A stretch of 57,395 nucleotides of DNA, counting the filler, from Jimgerdemannia flammicorona (lineage: Eukaryota), in the NCBI GenBank assembly GCA_003990765.1. It is 2 parts of 2 records of this genome, joined end to end, with 100 filler letters (N's around TTAATTAATTAA, not from the genome) between each part and the next. Parts side by side here need not be neighbours in the genome. Positions count along the whole stretch, not along the records: positions 1 to 28,653 come from RBNJ01000546.1; positions 28,754 to 57,395 come from RBNJ01000547.1. One strand, given 5' to 3'. Shown one piece after another: positions 23,498 through 36,217 of this stretch (position 1 is its first letter; every line of letters starts with the position of its first letter). A model generated the notes under the pieces. It ran no database searches, had not been told where the DNA came from, and saw only the letters and a program-made list of their open reading frames with translations. A program made the translations under genes and the position numbers.

Positions 23498-25436
23498 TAT
23501 AATAACTCTCACTTCTGCCCCTCTCTTATCCTTTGGATAATTAGGGAAGTGGACTATTACTTAGGGACTTAGTACACAATGTGTACCAAGAAGCCTTCAG
23601 TTTGAGGAAGCGCTCGCTTAAAGTAGTTGTAGTGGTAGTGCCTTATCTTTCAAAGGTCTTTCTCTTGTACCCTATTTCGAGGGTCTTGTTCTTTGCTGTG
23701 CACAGACTGAATTCGCCTTGGAATTCAGGTTCAATGGGTTTACTTAAGTCTTTGGGGATTTATATACCAGTCTCAGTTCTGGCAGAAGTTAGCTAGGCTT
23801 CTGGAGTTTAGTCAGAAACACTAGAGTCACTTAGGTGTCATTACTAAGACTCAGGGGAATGTGTGTGTGTGGGGGGGACTTGATTCTTGTATCAAGGACT
23901 GAACTAAAACTGCTTTATTTCGGATGGAAACTGGGGGGTATTTATACAAGTTGGTCTGCGATTTCTGACTAAGTATGAGTGACTAATTTGGTAACTATAA
24001 TGAGGTTTGTGATCATGACCTTTGTCAGATGGTTTTTGGTAAAAACAACTTTGTGATCAGGACCTCAATTACTAGGCAATGATCAGCTGCTGTGGTAACT
24101 GTTGCTGCAGTGCCGATTGTTGGGGATAAGCTGGATATTGTTTTCCATGTCATTTCGCATCATTCGCATCATTCGTAATTCATATATCATACTTCATTCA
24201 TATGATGACGTCATCGCTGGGTCACATGATCGTTCATTGTTCATCATTCGTCGCTCATTGCATTCATGCTCTTTCATTCTATTACATTCTTCCCTCCTTA
24301 GAAATCAACATCCTCGTTGATTGAGAAATTGAGAACCAGGGGAGAGAAAGGTGGGGAATCCTCCTCAGGGTCATTACCATCTTCTTCAGGGGCAGGGGGG
24401 TTAGTGGTTGCAGATGGCTCACTGTCCAGGATGGAGAAGTCAATGAGGTCTGCAACTGGTTCTTGCATTGGAATAGGTGCTGGTATAGGGGTTCTCCATC
24501 TGATGCAGTTGGGGCCATCCAAGTAGAGCTCTTGATCTTCATGCCTGGGAATATCCATTTGGATAGGTGGTCCTTTAAAGAGGTCAGAGAGACCTTGGAG
24601 CTATTGGTCAGAGTTGTCATTCAGGAGGGGGCTCCAGTAGGGTTTGCAGTCAGTAGACTTGAGAGTAATCCAGGAGTTGGCTTCTTGGGCGACCTTGACT
24701 TCTAGGGCATCAACCTCAGGGAAAGAGAGGTTCTGGAAGTCCTTCAGTTGTATGTAGTTGAGGTTGGGGATCACGAAGAGTGCATGGCATATAATTTGAT
24801 GGACCTTCTTGGCAAGTCTTTGCTCATGCCTGTCGAGGTGAGTCTAGTCAGAGACTTGGTCTGTGGACAGGTCCTTTGCCCATTGGAGGAGTTGATGGCC
24901 AATCTCGTATTCATACCAGATTTCTAGGTAGCTGGTAGCAAGGTAGGCTCTTTCAATGACTTCACAGTGGTTGAGGACATAGTGTCCTAGGTCCTGGCTG
25001 GAGAGGTTAAGGGCCTCTGAGTGGCAGTTCCTTCCTTGGATGGTGACCTGGATGTGTCCAAAGAGGCAGTCAATCTGGCTTGGGAGGGGCTGGCTACGGC
25101 GGGCAGTTTGGCGGTGGGTGGCAGGCATTCTTGTCTTGTCTTTTCTTTGTGAGGAAAGGGGGATGAGAGTTGCAGGGTATTCTTGTCTTGGGTATTTATA
25201 CTTATTCACCCATCTGATGTGACCTTCCTTTGGTCATACTTTCTGGCAAAATGCATGACCTGTACTGTAAGCAGAGCATGTGCTGGTCACATGAGAAAAT
25301 CCTGATTTTAAAGATCTCGTCACCCATCTGTGGTTACACAGGGTTAACAGGTCTTGGTCCACTTTTTTTTTTGTCTGGTTGGTGCATTTGCGAGGGCTGG
25401 CCATCCTTGTCTAGGGTGAGGGCTCCTATTGTCACA
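23498..25436 (-). mobile_element. long 3' LTR (~1.85-1.95 kb) of the chromovirus, containing an ORF
   Basis: Lies downstream of pol; GTATAAATACC (~23940) then AATAAA (~23915) in the same arrangement as LTR 55295-56821; U3 start is either TGTAAC (25338) or TGTGAC (25436); no clear PPT. Confidence 0.6.
24298..25128 (-). pseudogene. LTR-embedded accessory ORF, family B (276 codons, 2 internal TAG)
   Basis: MPATHRQ...WYEYEIG...AKKVHQIICHALFVIPNLNY...DNSDQ*LQGL...DLIDFS...PLVLNF; first ~190 aa align without gaps to 28818-29651; TATAAATA at ~25197. Confidence 0.8.
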
Positions 25437-25777
25437 GCTGGGGGTTCAAACCTCTCGGAAATAGACTTTCTTGTAATCCAAGGCAATTCCTTAGTAACAA
25501 TATCTATCACGTGGATGGACTTAGACTGGTTTTGACATTGTCGGCTTTCCTAAGTTTCACATGAAGTATCTGTCATCATCCAGCGGAGATGATACAGATG
25601 GTGTAAAATGGAGTTGTTCAAATGCATTTTGCTATACTGTACTAGATTGTTCTTTTGCTTGGGTATCTTCTTGTTGGTTATCCATAGTGTTCCTTTTTTC
25701 ACAATGTTCAGTATTATATGTTTCCAGTTAAAAATATGTGGTATCCTTCTGCTTACTGTGTGCTCTTATGCTTAGAG

Positions 25778-28653
25778 CTATAGTTCCTTCCTTTGCTGGG
25801 GGGTGAGTGTTTCCATGTAGTCCTGAAGGGCTTCATGTGCATTCTTCAGGACTTCTTCTTTTTCCCAGGTGGCATCATGGGTGGGGTAACCCTTCCACTT
25901 GATCAGAAAAAAGCGCTTGACTGTTTTGGGATATTTGCGGACCTTGTGGTCAAGTACTTCCTCAATTTCGAATTTCTCATGATCATTAATCCTAATTAGG
26001 GGTGGTGGTGGAACTATACACTCGGGGAATGGGTTTTCATAGTAGTCCACCAATTGGCTGATATGGAATACTGGGTGTACTCGGATATTGTAGGGAAGTT
26101 GTAACTTGTAGTTGACTTCACTGATTTTTTCCATGATCTTGTATGGTCCAATTCTTCTAGCACGGAGTTTCTTGGCTGGTTGTTGTGCCAGGGTATCTGG
26201 GTGGAGGTGGTCTGTTCTAAGCATGACCTTGTTATCAATATTATAGGAGGCTTCTCTTCGTTTCAAGTTCGCATACTTGGTCTGGTAGTCTTGTGCTTCT
26301 ATGAGAGCATCTCTTATCATTTGCGTAAGGTCAGAAATGGTCTCGGCCAGATCTTGGGCTGCTGGGACTGCTGATTTTGCAGTAATACTTGGGGTCCTTG
26401 GGTGTTGACCATGGTTCAGGAAGAATGGAGTCTTCTTTGTAGAGGTTTGCTGACTGTTGTTGTAGGTAAACTCAGCATAGGCTAGGTACTTGTCCCAATC
26501 ATTTTGCTTGTAACAACAGAAGATGCTAAGCATCTGTTTGAGGGTCCTGTTGGTACACTCAGTTTGACCATCAGTCTGAGGGTGGTAGGTAGTAGAGAAC
26601 TTCAGCTTGGTTCCATGGAGGGAGAAAAATGCCTTCCAGAAGTTGCTTGTGAACTTGGTATCTCAGTCAGATACAATGGTGCTAGGTATGCCATGTAGTC
26701 TGAATACTTAATTGAGAAAGATTTCAACAATCTCTGGTGCTGTAGCAGTGGTCTTGGTGGGTGCAAAATGGGCTTATTTACTTAGGCAGTCTATAAATAC
26801 CACAATGGCATCCCATCCTGCCTTGGTCTTGGGGAGTTGGACAATGAAGTCCATCACAATCTGGTCCCAATTGTGACTTGGGATAGGCAAGGGTTGCAGG
26901 AGTCCTGCTGGTAGCTTGTTACCACTTTTGAACCTTTGGTATATCTCGCATGAGGCCACAAAGTCTTTCATATCCTTAGTCATCTTTGGCCAGTAGAACT
27001 CTCTTGAGAGGAGGTTGTAGGTCTTTTCAAAACCAAAGTGTCCTGCTGCAGGAGTATCATGGAGTTCCTGCATGATTTTGAGTCGCAGAGTATCATTGTT
27101 GGGTACAACCACTCTGTCATGGTCCCTATAGATAAGTCCATCATGGTAGGTGAATCTCTTGGCCATTTGCCTTATGGGTTCTGGAATCTCGGCCTCTGGG
27201 TCTTGGTAGAACTGAAGGAAATTCATCAGTGGGCTGTCTTGCTGGTAGCTATCTTTGATCATCTGGGTAAGGTCTCCGATTACTTCAACCATGAAGACAA
27301 GTTTGTCTTCCATGTATCTGGAGAAACCATCAGCCACACGGTTGGTTTTGCCTGGAATATACTTGATTTCTATATCAAAGTTGGCAATGATTTCCATCCA
27401 ACGGGCTTGTCTGTGGGTCAGCATAGGCTGTGTGTGAATATACTGCAGTATATAGTGATCAGTGTAGGCCACAAATGGCTGTTCTAGGAGGAAATGGTGC
27501 CATTCTTGGAGTGCAGTGACAATAGCCAGGAGTTCCTTCTCATGGGTGGTATACCGGGTCTCAGCTGGCTTGAGCTTCTGTGAAAGGTAGGCCACTGGGT
27601 GGTCTTCTCGGCTGAGTACTGCTCCAATAGCAATGTCAGAGGCATCTATGATCAGAGTGAATGGTCTGATAGGATCAGGTGCAATTAGCACTGGGGCCTC
27701 AGTAAGGAGTCTCTTGAGATGGTCCATAGCCAGGGTGCATTCGGGGGTCCATTCAGCTTTGATGTTCACTCCTTTATGGGCCAGGCTAGTCAATGGGGCT
27801 GTAATAGCAGAGTATCCTTGGATAAACCTTCAGTAATAACAGGCAATATCCAGAAAGCATTGGAGTAGCTTGAGGGTAGTGGAGATAGGGATATCCTTAA
27901 GGGCTGATACTTTTTGGGGATCCATGTTGATACCTTCAGCAGAGATGATGTGTCCTAAGTACTCGATCTGGTCTTAGTAGAACTTACACTTGCTCATTTT
28001 GGCATAGAGCTGGTGTTCTCGCAGAAGAGTCAGTACTTGTCTAAGATGGGTATAGTGTAGCTCTACTGTCTTGCTGTAGATTAGTATATCATCAATATAT
28101 ACAAGGACACAGATGTTGAGGAGTGGTCCAAAGATGTCATTCATCAGATACTGGAATGTTGCTGGTGCATTGGTCAATCCAAAAGGCATGACTCGGAACT
28201 GGTAGTGTCCAAACCATGTTCGGAAAGCTGTCTTCTCAATGTCCTTCTCATCAATGAGAATCTAGTGGTAGCCATTTCACAAATCCAATAGCAAAAAGGT
28301 CTTGGCCTTGAAGATTTGGTGTAGCAACTCATCAATCCTGGGCAAGGCATACCGATTCTTGATAGTAATCTTGTTGAGGGCTCTGTAGTCAATATACATT
28401 TGCAGAGAGCCATCCTTCTTCTTGACAAATAGAATTGGGGCTCTAAATGGAGAGTGGCTGGGTTCAATGTATCCTTGGGCCAGTAGTTTGGTCAATTCAT
28501 CCTTGAGAGTCTTGAGCTTAGGTTGAGCCAGTTGATAGATACTCTTGTATGGGGGTTCAGATCCTGGGATAAGATCAATTCCATGTTGGATTTGGTGCTT
28601 GGGTGGAAGTCCTTGAGGATCTTGGAATATATCTTGGAATTCTTCAAACAGTT
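25778..28653 (-). mobile_element. Ty3/gypsy chromovirus pol (RT, RNase H, integrase, chromodomain), decayed
   Basis: [56 protein letters not shown] motif, chromodomain FEIEEVLDH...FLIKWKGYPTHDATWE. Confidence 0.95.
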
Positions 28654-28753
28654 NNNNNNNNNNNNNNNNNNNNNNNNNNNNNNNNNNNNNNNNNNNNTTA
28701 ATTAATTAANNNNNNNNNNNNNNNNNNNNNNNNNNNNNNNNNNNNNNNNNNNN
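28654..28753. other. assembly gap / contig-joining linker
   Basis: N-run flanking TTAATTAATTAA, which has stops in all six frames. Confidence 0.9.
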
Positions 28754-29891
28754 TGGCATTATCCAGTGTTACATGAGAATACCGGTGCTGGCATTATCCA
28801 GTGTAACAAAGAACTTTTTAGAGCAGAAAGTTCAGGATCATGGGAGCTTCATCATCATCATCACTGAAGGAGATGAGATCCGTGAATTCATCATGTAGGT
28901 TGTGCATCTCACATACTTCGTCATTTTCGCGTGCCTCGATGTTGCACGGGATGACATAATCGATGACGTCATCACGTTCGGGTGTGGCGGGGAAATCGGG
29001 AACAAGGTCTGGAGCTCTCCAATCTATGAGATTCTCTTCCACAAAATAGGGGACGAATGTGGGGTCTTGGGGGGATCTAACCCAGATGCTTGGGCCTTGG
29101 AATACTGAGATCAATCCTTGCAGGAATTGGTCTGGGTTGTCCTGAAGGATAGGGTACCAGAAGTCTTCTACTTCTTCGCTGTTGAGGGTGATGGTAGACT
29201 GGGCTTCTGTGGCTACCCTGGCTTCTAGTGCATTGATGTGGCGGGATGACAGGTCTCTGAAGTCTGAGACTCTAACATACTCCAAGTTGGGGATCGACCA
29301 TGGTGCATGCCTGAAGATCTGATGGATCTTCTTTGCTGTCCTTGCCTCACGTAGGTCTATGGGGGTGGCATCTTGTAGCTCTTGAGGGCTGGCCTGTGGG
29401 AACTCCCGGCAGAGGAGGTTTCCTATTTCATATTCCTGCCACATTTGGAGGCATTCGGTGGCAATGGTGATCCTTGTTTCCATTTCACCGCAGTAGAGGA
29501 TAAAGTGATAAGGGTCTGCAGTACCCAGGTTGATGCTAGGAGTCCTTCTTGATCGGGTCCTCATGGCTCTTCTGATGTCTTGAAACATCCTTTCCTCGAC
29601 CGAGATACCTTGATAATTCCTTGACCTTGAGGTTTGGTGGGCAGCAGGCATTTTGTTTGTGGTAAGTCTTTGAGCTATTTTGGGATTGGGGTTCTTGTTG
29701 GTTGCTACTACTGCGGTTCCTTGATCCTTCTTTTATATTCTTCAGGATGCTTGTGCTGTGGTCACAATGACTCACAGTTGGTCATTGTTGCTCATCTCGC
29801 ATGCCGTATGATCTTCTTGTACTCTGATCTGGTGGCTTGTAAAGAAAGGCTGTCTCCTGTGCTGATGTCATCATTCTGGGGTCACTGTTAC
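28754..29891 (-). mobile_element. partial LTR (U3 side), same family as 55295-56821
   Basis: Starts TGTAACAGTGACCCCAGAATG on the minus strand; nearly identical to 55295-56430; truncated by the gap. Confidence 0.88.
28818..29651 (-). CDS. LTR-embedded accessory ORF, family A, intact 277 aa, function unknown
   Basis: Uninterrupted ATG-TAA ORF with an upstream TATAAAAG; two homologues in the window; basic N-terminus, acidic C-terminus. Confidence 0.8.
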   Translation of the reverse strand: MPAAHQTSRSRNYQGISVEERMFQDIRRAMRTRSRRTPSINLGTADPYHFILYCGEMETRITIATECLQMWQEYEIGNLLCREFPQASPQELQDATPIDLREARTAKKIHQIFRHAPWSIPNLEYVRVSDFRDLSSRHINALEARVATEAQSTITLNSEEVEDFWYPILQDNPDQFLQGLISVFQGPSIWVRSPQDPTFVPYFVEENLIDWRAPDLVPDFPATPERDDVIDYVIPCNIEARENDEVCEMHNLHDEFTDLISFSDDDDEAPMILNFLL

Positions 29892-30291
29892 ACTATTTTT
29901 AATTATTAATTATTTAGTTCTTATATTTTTATAATAATAGAATTAGCTTTTTCTATTTTATAAATAACTTCAAATTAGTATTTTTAAAGTTTTATATATT
30001 ATAGTTATACTTATATTAGTTCAGTTATTTTTTAAAGAATTTTTATAACCTTTATAGTATTTTCAACCTTACTATTAAATATTTAATAGATAATTTATAA
30101 CTTATCTTAAATTGATAACTTAGATAAATAATTTTCTTTCAATATAATAGTATTATTATAATATTTATTTTAAATATAGCTAACAGATATAATATATACT
30201 TATACTAATTTTTTTAGTAATTATTTTTTATTGATTATTTAGAATTTAATTAATTAGCAATATTATTATAAGTAATAATAGATAACTTTTA

Positions 30292-31455
30292 TGCCTCTTT
30301 CTCTGCTATCTTACCAGTTACAATAGTTTGGTAGGTAATCTTTTGAGTCTACTTTCCACAATTATTATCTCCTCTATCTTAGGTTGGTTTGCTATACCTA
30401 TTATAGAGCAGTAGAAGAGAGACAATAGTGATGAATTACCCCTTTATTGATATTGGATCAGTGTCTTCTTCACTTTTTCATAGTTTCTAATACCTTTGAC
30501 TGTATCTGGAATATATTTGTTTTAGTGCAGCACCTTTTTCCTTTTGCCATCACCAATATAGTACTGTTTTGGTATATTATAAGCTATGTAGAGAGTTGGT
30601 CAACCTTGGGCATCAAGTGTCCAGTATAGGTTACCTGCAGGTTCTTAGTATCTATAGTAGGGCCCTCTGGCTTTAACAAGCTTCTCAGCAAGTATAGTTC
30701 TGATATAGATGACTGTTTTTTTTGGATATTATCAGGATGGGAGAGGAGATGGCCATCACAGATAGGAGGAAGGGTGATTATAGTGAACCAGTAGGATACT
30801 AGACTGAGAGTAGTCATTGTGGGGCTAGGGCAGGTACTGCTTTGGTGGGACCTTTTGATTGATACAGAGCAGTTAGGTGGTAGGTAATACTCTTGGCTTC
30901 TTTTGGTGACTTGGCAGGTTGGGCTCTAGTCATTGAGAGAGATTGAGGGGCCCGAGGCTACCTATTTCAGATATCTTAGCTGCACTCAACTGGAACCAGG
31001 AGCTGACATAGCAATGTGATCAAGGCCTGTAGGCTTGAGTAGTAGAGTATTGGAGGTCTCCTCCCACTTCACATATAAGTCCTCTACTCATCTTATCTAG
31101 GAGAACCAGACTCTATCCACTGTGATATACTTTAATAAGAGTTTTTTCTTTACCTGTCATTCTTTTTGGAGTAGTAGAGGCTAGTCTCTATTCAGCTCAG
31201 GCATGGCCTTGTATATATATTGGGGTTTTTGGGCATGTACTTTCATATAGCTAGATTCTCCCTAGTGATAGGAAGAGCATAGTGTGCAGAATGAGGTATA
31301 GACCAATATAGGCTATACTGTACCTGATATGATTGAGCTACTGGACAATAGTTAGTCTAGATTCATGGGGAGACAGTGCTTAGTAGATGGTGGGGGAGGG
31401 TTTTGACCTATATAGTCTAGGTTCTCTTCTAATAAAATCCATGAGATATTGAGTC

Positions 31456-31491
<36 letters not shown>
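30292..31491 (+). mobile_element. 1.2-kb non-autonomous poly(A) retroposon, copy 1
   Basis: AATAAA + poly(A) 31460-31491; 15-bp TSD aatagataactttta (30277-30291) / aatagataactttca (31492-31506); homologous to 44366-45553; no RT motifs seen. Confidence 0.8.
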
Positions 31492-31495
<4 letters not shown>

Positions 31496-33120
31496 GATAA
31501 CTTTCACATTTTTGAATATCTTTGAATTTATATCTAATATTAGAGAATTAAGTTTGTGATATAGTATAAGATATAATATCTCTAAACAATAGTATATAAT
31601 AATAAATAATATTTATAAAAAAATTTATTATAATTTAGTTAAAAATAATATCAAAATAATACTCTAACTATGTAATAATAAAAAAGAATAAGAGCTTTTA
31701 AAAAATATAGATTACATTTTATCATATTAATTATTTATAGAAATAATTCAATAAAGTTAAATTATCAAAAATTGTTTTCCTTTTACTCATCAAAAACAAT
31801 ATTATATAATCATTATCTGCAAAGCTCACACATACACTTAATGAGATAGTTACAAATAGAGCTGAGAGTCAACTAAAGTCAATGTAAAATTAACTAAAAA
31901 TTAACTAATCGGCTTAATTACATACAGTCTAACTGTAATATCATCAAGATGTCTCATATGCATTATAGATATCGATAGTAAATCGTTCGCATTGGTGATC
32001 ACATAACTTAGTGAGCTAGTCGACTGCCCTAGTCACATACTATTTAATTTCACTTAACTAAAAAATTGCTACTGGCGAAGAAAATTGGAATTCGATTTAA
32101 TGACGGCTGAATAACATGGTTAGTGCTGAAAATGTAACCTCCTATGTTCCAACAACTGGCGAAAACATATCCCTTCATTATGAGCGACCGCAATCGAGGT
32201 AGCCAAGATGACAAACGAGGCTTTTCATCTTCCGCTTGGTTCTCACCCTGCCAAAAAACATTATGCAAGAACTATACTGCTCCGTCTGCCACCGATATTG
32301 CGCGCTCGTACATCGAATTCTCCAAAACGTCTTTCGGAGCCTATCTGAAGTCGATTAAACGAGGCAAACACGGATGAAGTTTATCCAACTAACCATATGC
32401 TTGGGATCCGCCGCATGGTTCAAACCGTCATCCGTGGAGAGCACCGAGTGCCTTCGGTAGTTAGAATGCCGTTGCCGCACTGAGCGCCTTCGGTGGTTAG
32501 AACGCATCGTTGCTGCACTAAGCGAGGAAGTTGTTTCCGTTGAGTAACACTTGGTCCTTCTCACCAGCTAAGCTTGCCGAGATACGCGAAGGTTGTGAGT
32601 ATACTTGTGACGGACTTCGCAGCAGACGTCAACGCCAAAAACAACCAAGTAAGAATACTGGACGCAAACGTCAAAAACATCACTGGATGGAGAATGCTCG
32701 TGGCGTATCCGAAACAGCGTCAAACTGACCATGAAGGTTCTGGAAGTTCTGGTTCGGAGGAAAACGATGAATGATAGGGAAAGTCTGTCTGCTTTGGATA
32801 TCGGACGTGTGGGGTTTTGGGCAAAAGGTGTTTGGAAGATTGTGGACTTCCGTTGTTGTGAGTGTCACCAGTAGTGTTATAATCGACGACCCATGCGGTT
32901 GCTTAGAACATTTCGTCTTTAGCGGGGGCGAATAAGCGAATAAACAACTCGCTTGTTCCATAATATTACGCCCAAACCACTAATTAAATTGCCTCGCAAA
33001 GGAGTGTCGTTAAATGTTGGCTTCAGACGTGACCGACAACCCCCTAATTTGGCAAGCTCGTAGAGCGCCGTGGGCGTAATGATGTAACGTGAATGATATG
33101 TTCGAGAAGTGATGCAATTG

Positions 33121-33128
33121 TATAAAAG
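33121..33128 (+). promoter_or_regulatory. TATA box of the CsbD-like gene
   Basis: TATAAAAG ~90 bp upstream of ATG 33212, in a CpG-rich region. Confidence 0.5.
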
Positions 33129-33211
33129 GACATGGTTTAGTCTTAACAATAATCGACTCGAACCAACCTGACCAAACACGCCACTCACTTTTCAATCCAA
33201 CACTGCCATCA

Positions 33212-34084
33212 ATGAACAACGAACACACCGCCGTCTCCACCGGTCCCATTACGGCTCTCACCCACTCCCACGAAGAGCCGCACTCGGAGCGCACCTCAAC
33301 CTCCTTCCTTAACAAAGTCTTCGACTCGGATGCCCCCGAACTGCCGCTCACCGACGATGTTCGTGGCCCCGACAGGCCCCACCCGACCATTCAGACCAAC
33401 TTGCTGTCTCGCCGCTCCGACCGTGAACCATCTACCCCGCGGTCTAACATGGCCAGCTGCGGCTCCACAAGGAGCACAAGCGACTCCAATTACACCCCGC
33501 AGGCACAGCACTTCACCACACCGACCTCTTATCTCTCCCCCGACAAGAGTCACCCTGATACGTCCTTCAACGGAACCGATGACAACATTCTTGCAAACAA
33601 TACCACCACGCACAACCACGAACCCGTCGCGCCTCTAGACAACGCCCCGCACGAGGCAATCCCAAACCCGAACCCGAACCCGACTGTGCACGCGCATGCA
33701 CCGGCTGTAAACCATTCCAACGCACCCCATGCTCACACGAGGCCCGACGACAGCTGGAGCCGCCGAATTGCGCAAGCACTTATCGCGATCGACCACGACA
33801 ACGAGGGCCATGGTGTCGCACAGCCAATGCCAGATTCGCACTTACCTCAGCCGTACTCCAAGGACGGCTACTTTGATCCGCGTGTGGAAGTGGTAGAGAT
33901 GCCGGAGGAGCCTAAGGTTGTGCACGGGCGGATGGATATTTTGAAAGGGCAGATCAAGAAAATCGCAGGGGTCGTGACGGGGGACGAGGAGAAGATTATT
34001 GTCGGGGAGGAGTTAATGGCCAAGGGGAAGAGGGAGGTCGAAGTCGCGAAGGAAGTTGAGGCGATTAAGGATGAGATGGCGTAG
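33212..34084 (+). CDS. 290-aa protein: disordered N-terminus, CsbD-like (stress-response) C-terminal helical motif
   Basis: Intact single-exon ORF, GC3-rich, CpG retained; GRMDILKGQIKKIAGVVTGDEEKIIVGEELMAKGK matches the CsbD-type pattern. Confidence 0.8.
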   Translation: MNNEHTAVSTGPITALTHSHEEPHSERTSTSFLNKVFDSDAPELPLTDDVRGPDRPHPTIQTNLLSRRSDREPSTPRSNMASCGSTRSTSDSNYTPQAQHFTTPTSYLSPDKSHPDTSFNGTDDNILANNTTTHNHEPVAPLDNAPHEAIPNPNPNPTVHAHAPAVNHSNAPHAHTRPDDSWSRRIAQALIAIDHDNEGHGVAQPMPDSHLPQPYSKDGYFDPRVEVVEMPEEPKVVHGRMDILKGQIKKIAGVVTGDEEKIIVGEELMAKGKREVEVAKEVEAIKDEMA

Positions 34085-35317
34085 GTTGGGAGGTGTCAGG
34101 ACACTTCTCGGCGAAATTGTTAGATAAAAGTTTCAAGTGCTCATTGGCGTCTTGGTGCTCCAACAATCAAATAAACACATATCTACCCATGGCTATTACA
34201 TTGAGAAACGAGTAATGTCGAGCGATCGAGTTTCAAGCAAAATTTTTATTTATTAGGGGTATGAGACGAGGTGAGCGATACTGCAAGTACAAAACACGGC
34301 CAACTCCTGTTCCGTCAACTATTTATGACTCTGCAGACCGGGCTTCATGACAATGTCAAACTTTGCAAGTTGCTCACCTCATCAATTTCGTGTCCACTCC
34401 ATAGCCATTACATTATCACATGATCATATAATACGACATATCCATAAGTCGTTGAAGAATCTGACCAAACCCGTGTTTTTATATGTGGCCATATATCCTA
34501 CATCCCATTTATAAAAACACATCTGCTTTTTATGAATTTTAGAACATTGGATTTCCCTCAGATAGGTAATTTGAATTACATTCCGATTCTCCAAATAATT
34601 AAGATAAGTGGCAAATTACAAGGTTGGACAGCTATGTAGATTGGCTTGAGCCTCCAGTTATTTTGTCAAAAAGTAACAAAATGTTCAATAGTTTTTTGTT
34701 CTAAAGGTGCAAGTTCTCTTGTTTGAGTAATGTAAATGATTTCAGTAGTTTTCTAATTAGGTATAGTTCTGCATAATATGGCAAATTCAGTAGACTTCTT
34801 AAATGGTGCAGATTCTGTATAATGTGATAGATTTAGGCAGATTTCTCAGGTAGATGATGATAATTTTCAGGCTTAGTCTGGTAAGTAGATCAAAATATAG
34901 CAAATTTTTCAAGTTCAAAATTGGCAGACTTCTGACAAATAAAGTTATATTGATCAACTGCTTTATTTGTATGAATAAGTTTCTGTAAAGATACATCTGA
35001 CTGACTGGCTTAGATATGTTAAATATGGAAAATTTCTCAGATTCTTCTGACTTAGTCTGATAAGTAGACTAAATCTGCAGACTCCTTTATATTAAAAAGT
35101 AGACCAGAATATAAATAGGCTCACAATTTCTTAGTAGTAACTTATTGATAGATATATCTTTTAAGTATTACAATTCTTGCTAGATTAAGTAACTTTTAAC
35201 AGATATTTCTCCTAAGTATACTAGATAATTGACTTTTGCTTGAATTATTCAGACTAAGGTTTATTCACTCTTATCACTGAGGTATTTTATATAGTTATAG
35301 TTACTAGTCAAGATATG

Positions 35318-36215
35318 TTTTTCTTTAGTATAATTCAGATTACACAACTTCTGACAATACCTTCAATATTATTTTTAGAGAAAAGGTAATAATAACATAG
35401 AAACTGATGAGTATTCTGAGGAGTATGCAGGGCAGAGCAGCATCAGTATATTTGACTGATAGTATGTCAAGAGAAGTTATAGATTAGAAGAGAACCTATT
35501 GGATACTCTTTTTGGTGGACAAGGAGGTAGAAGAGGTAAGACCAGCAGACAGAGGTCTGGGAGAATGAGCTTTACTAATAAGATCAAGATGAGATATCCA
35601 GCAAATAGATTGGAGGGCTAGCTATAGAAGGGCAAGGAGAAGAAGAGGCTGCAGAGTCTGGCAGAGGGGCTCATAGTGACAGTAGTGATAAGGCTAGGAG
35701 AGTAGAGACTAGGAAGAGTAAGACTGCTAATAGAGAGAGAACTGCTAATTTAAAAAAAAAAAATCCAGATATAATGACTAATAGTGTAGCTAGACTAAGG
35801 GAAGGTATGAGGCCTTAAAACCTGACTAATAGTATAACAGATCTGGTAGTAATACTATTACTTAAGAAATTAGTATCTGAATTCATTATCACTTTATACT
35901 TCTGAGGCTTGATAATTATAGCAAAAATGGTTCTAGAGTTTCTGGCTTAGAAGATGAAAGAAACAGTCTCAGTAAAGTTTTTAAAGAGACTGAAAAGAGT
36001 AAAGGTAGGCTTTGAAGAGGAGGAGTTAATGCTGGAAACATTGGAGTAGTAGTGGGAGAAATAGTAATCTTTATAGCTTAGTATCTATACTAGAACTTCA
36101 GAGTAGTATAACTAATAGTGGAGAATATATCTATAATAAAAAAAGAAGTGACCAAGAAACTAATTGTAAATGTTATTAAGAAGTATAGCAATATAGTAGA
36201 TGTTGGCTTCTGATA
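35318..36215 (+). mobile_element. LINE copy D, 5' UTR and ORF1 N-terminal half, strongly decayed
   Basis: 5' end similar to copy B; MSFTNKIK, VSVKFLKRLKRVKVGFEE and YSNIVDVGF match ORF1. Confidence 0.8.
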
Positions 36216-36217
36216 TC

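Noticed and set aside
25440..25770. Possible small ORF or env-like gene between pol and the LTR (likewise 51160-51370)
   Set aside because: Multiple stops, no signal peptide or TM segment, and no homology between the two elements
28654..28753. TTAATTAATTAA palindrome within Ns, and pairing LTR 28754-29891 with pol 25778-28653 as one element
   Set aside because: Looks like an artificial six-frame-stop contig linker. The LTRs on either side belong to different, divergent families, so adjacency across the gap is unreliable.
32050..32960. Cluster of short ORFs in the CpG island upstream of the CsbD-like gene
   Set aside because: No recognisable domain or consistent splice model; could be a gene relic or promoter DNA
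34600..35130. Degenerate repeats (CTTAGTCTGRTAAGTAGA twice, GGCAGA motifs) suggesting a MITE
   Set aside because: No convincing TIR pair or TSD
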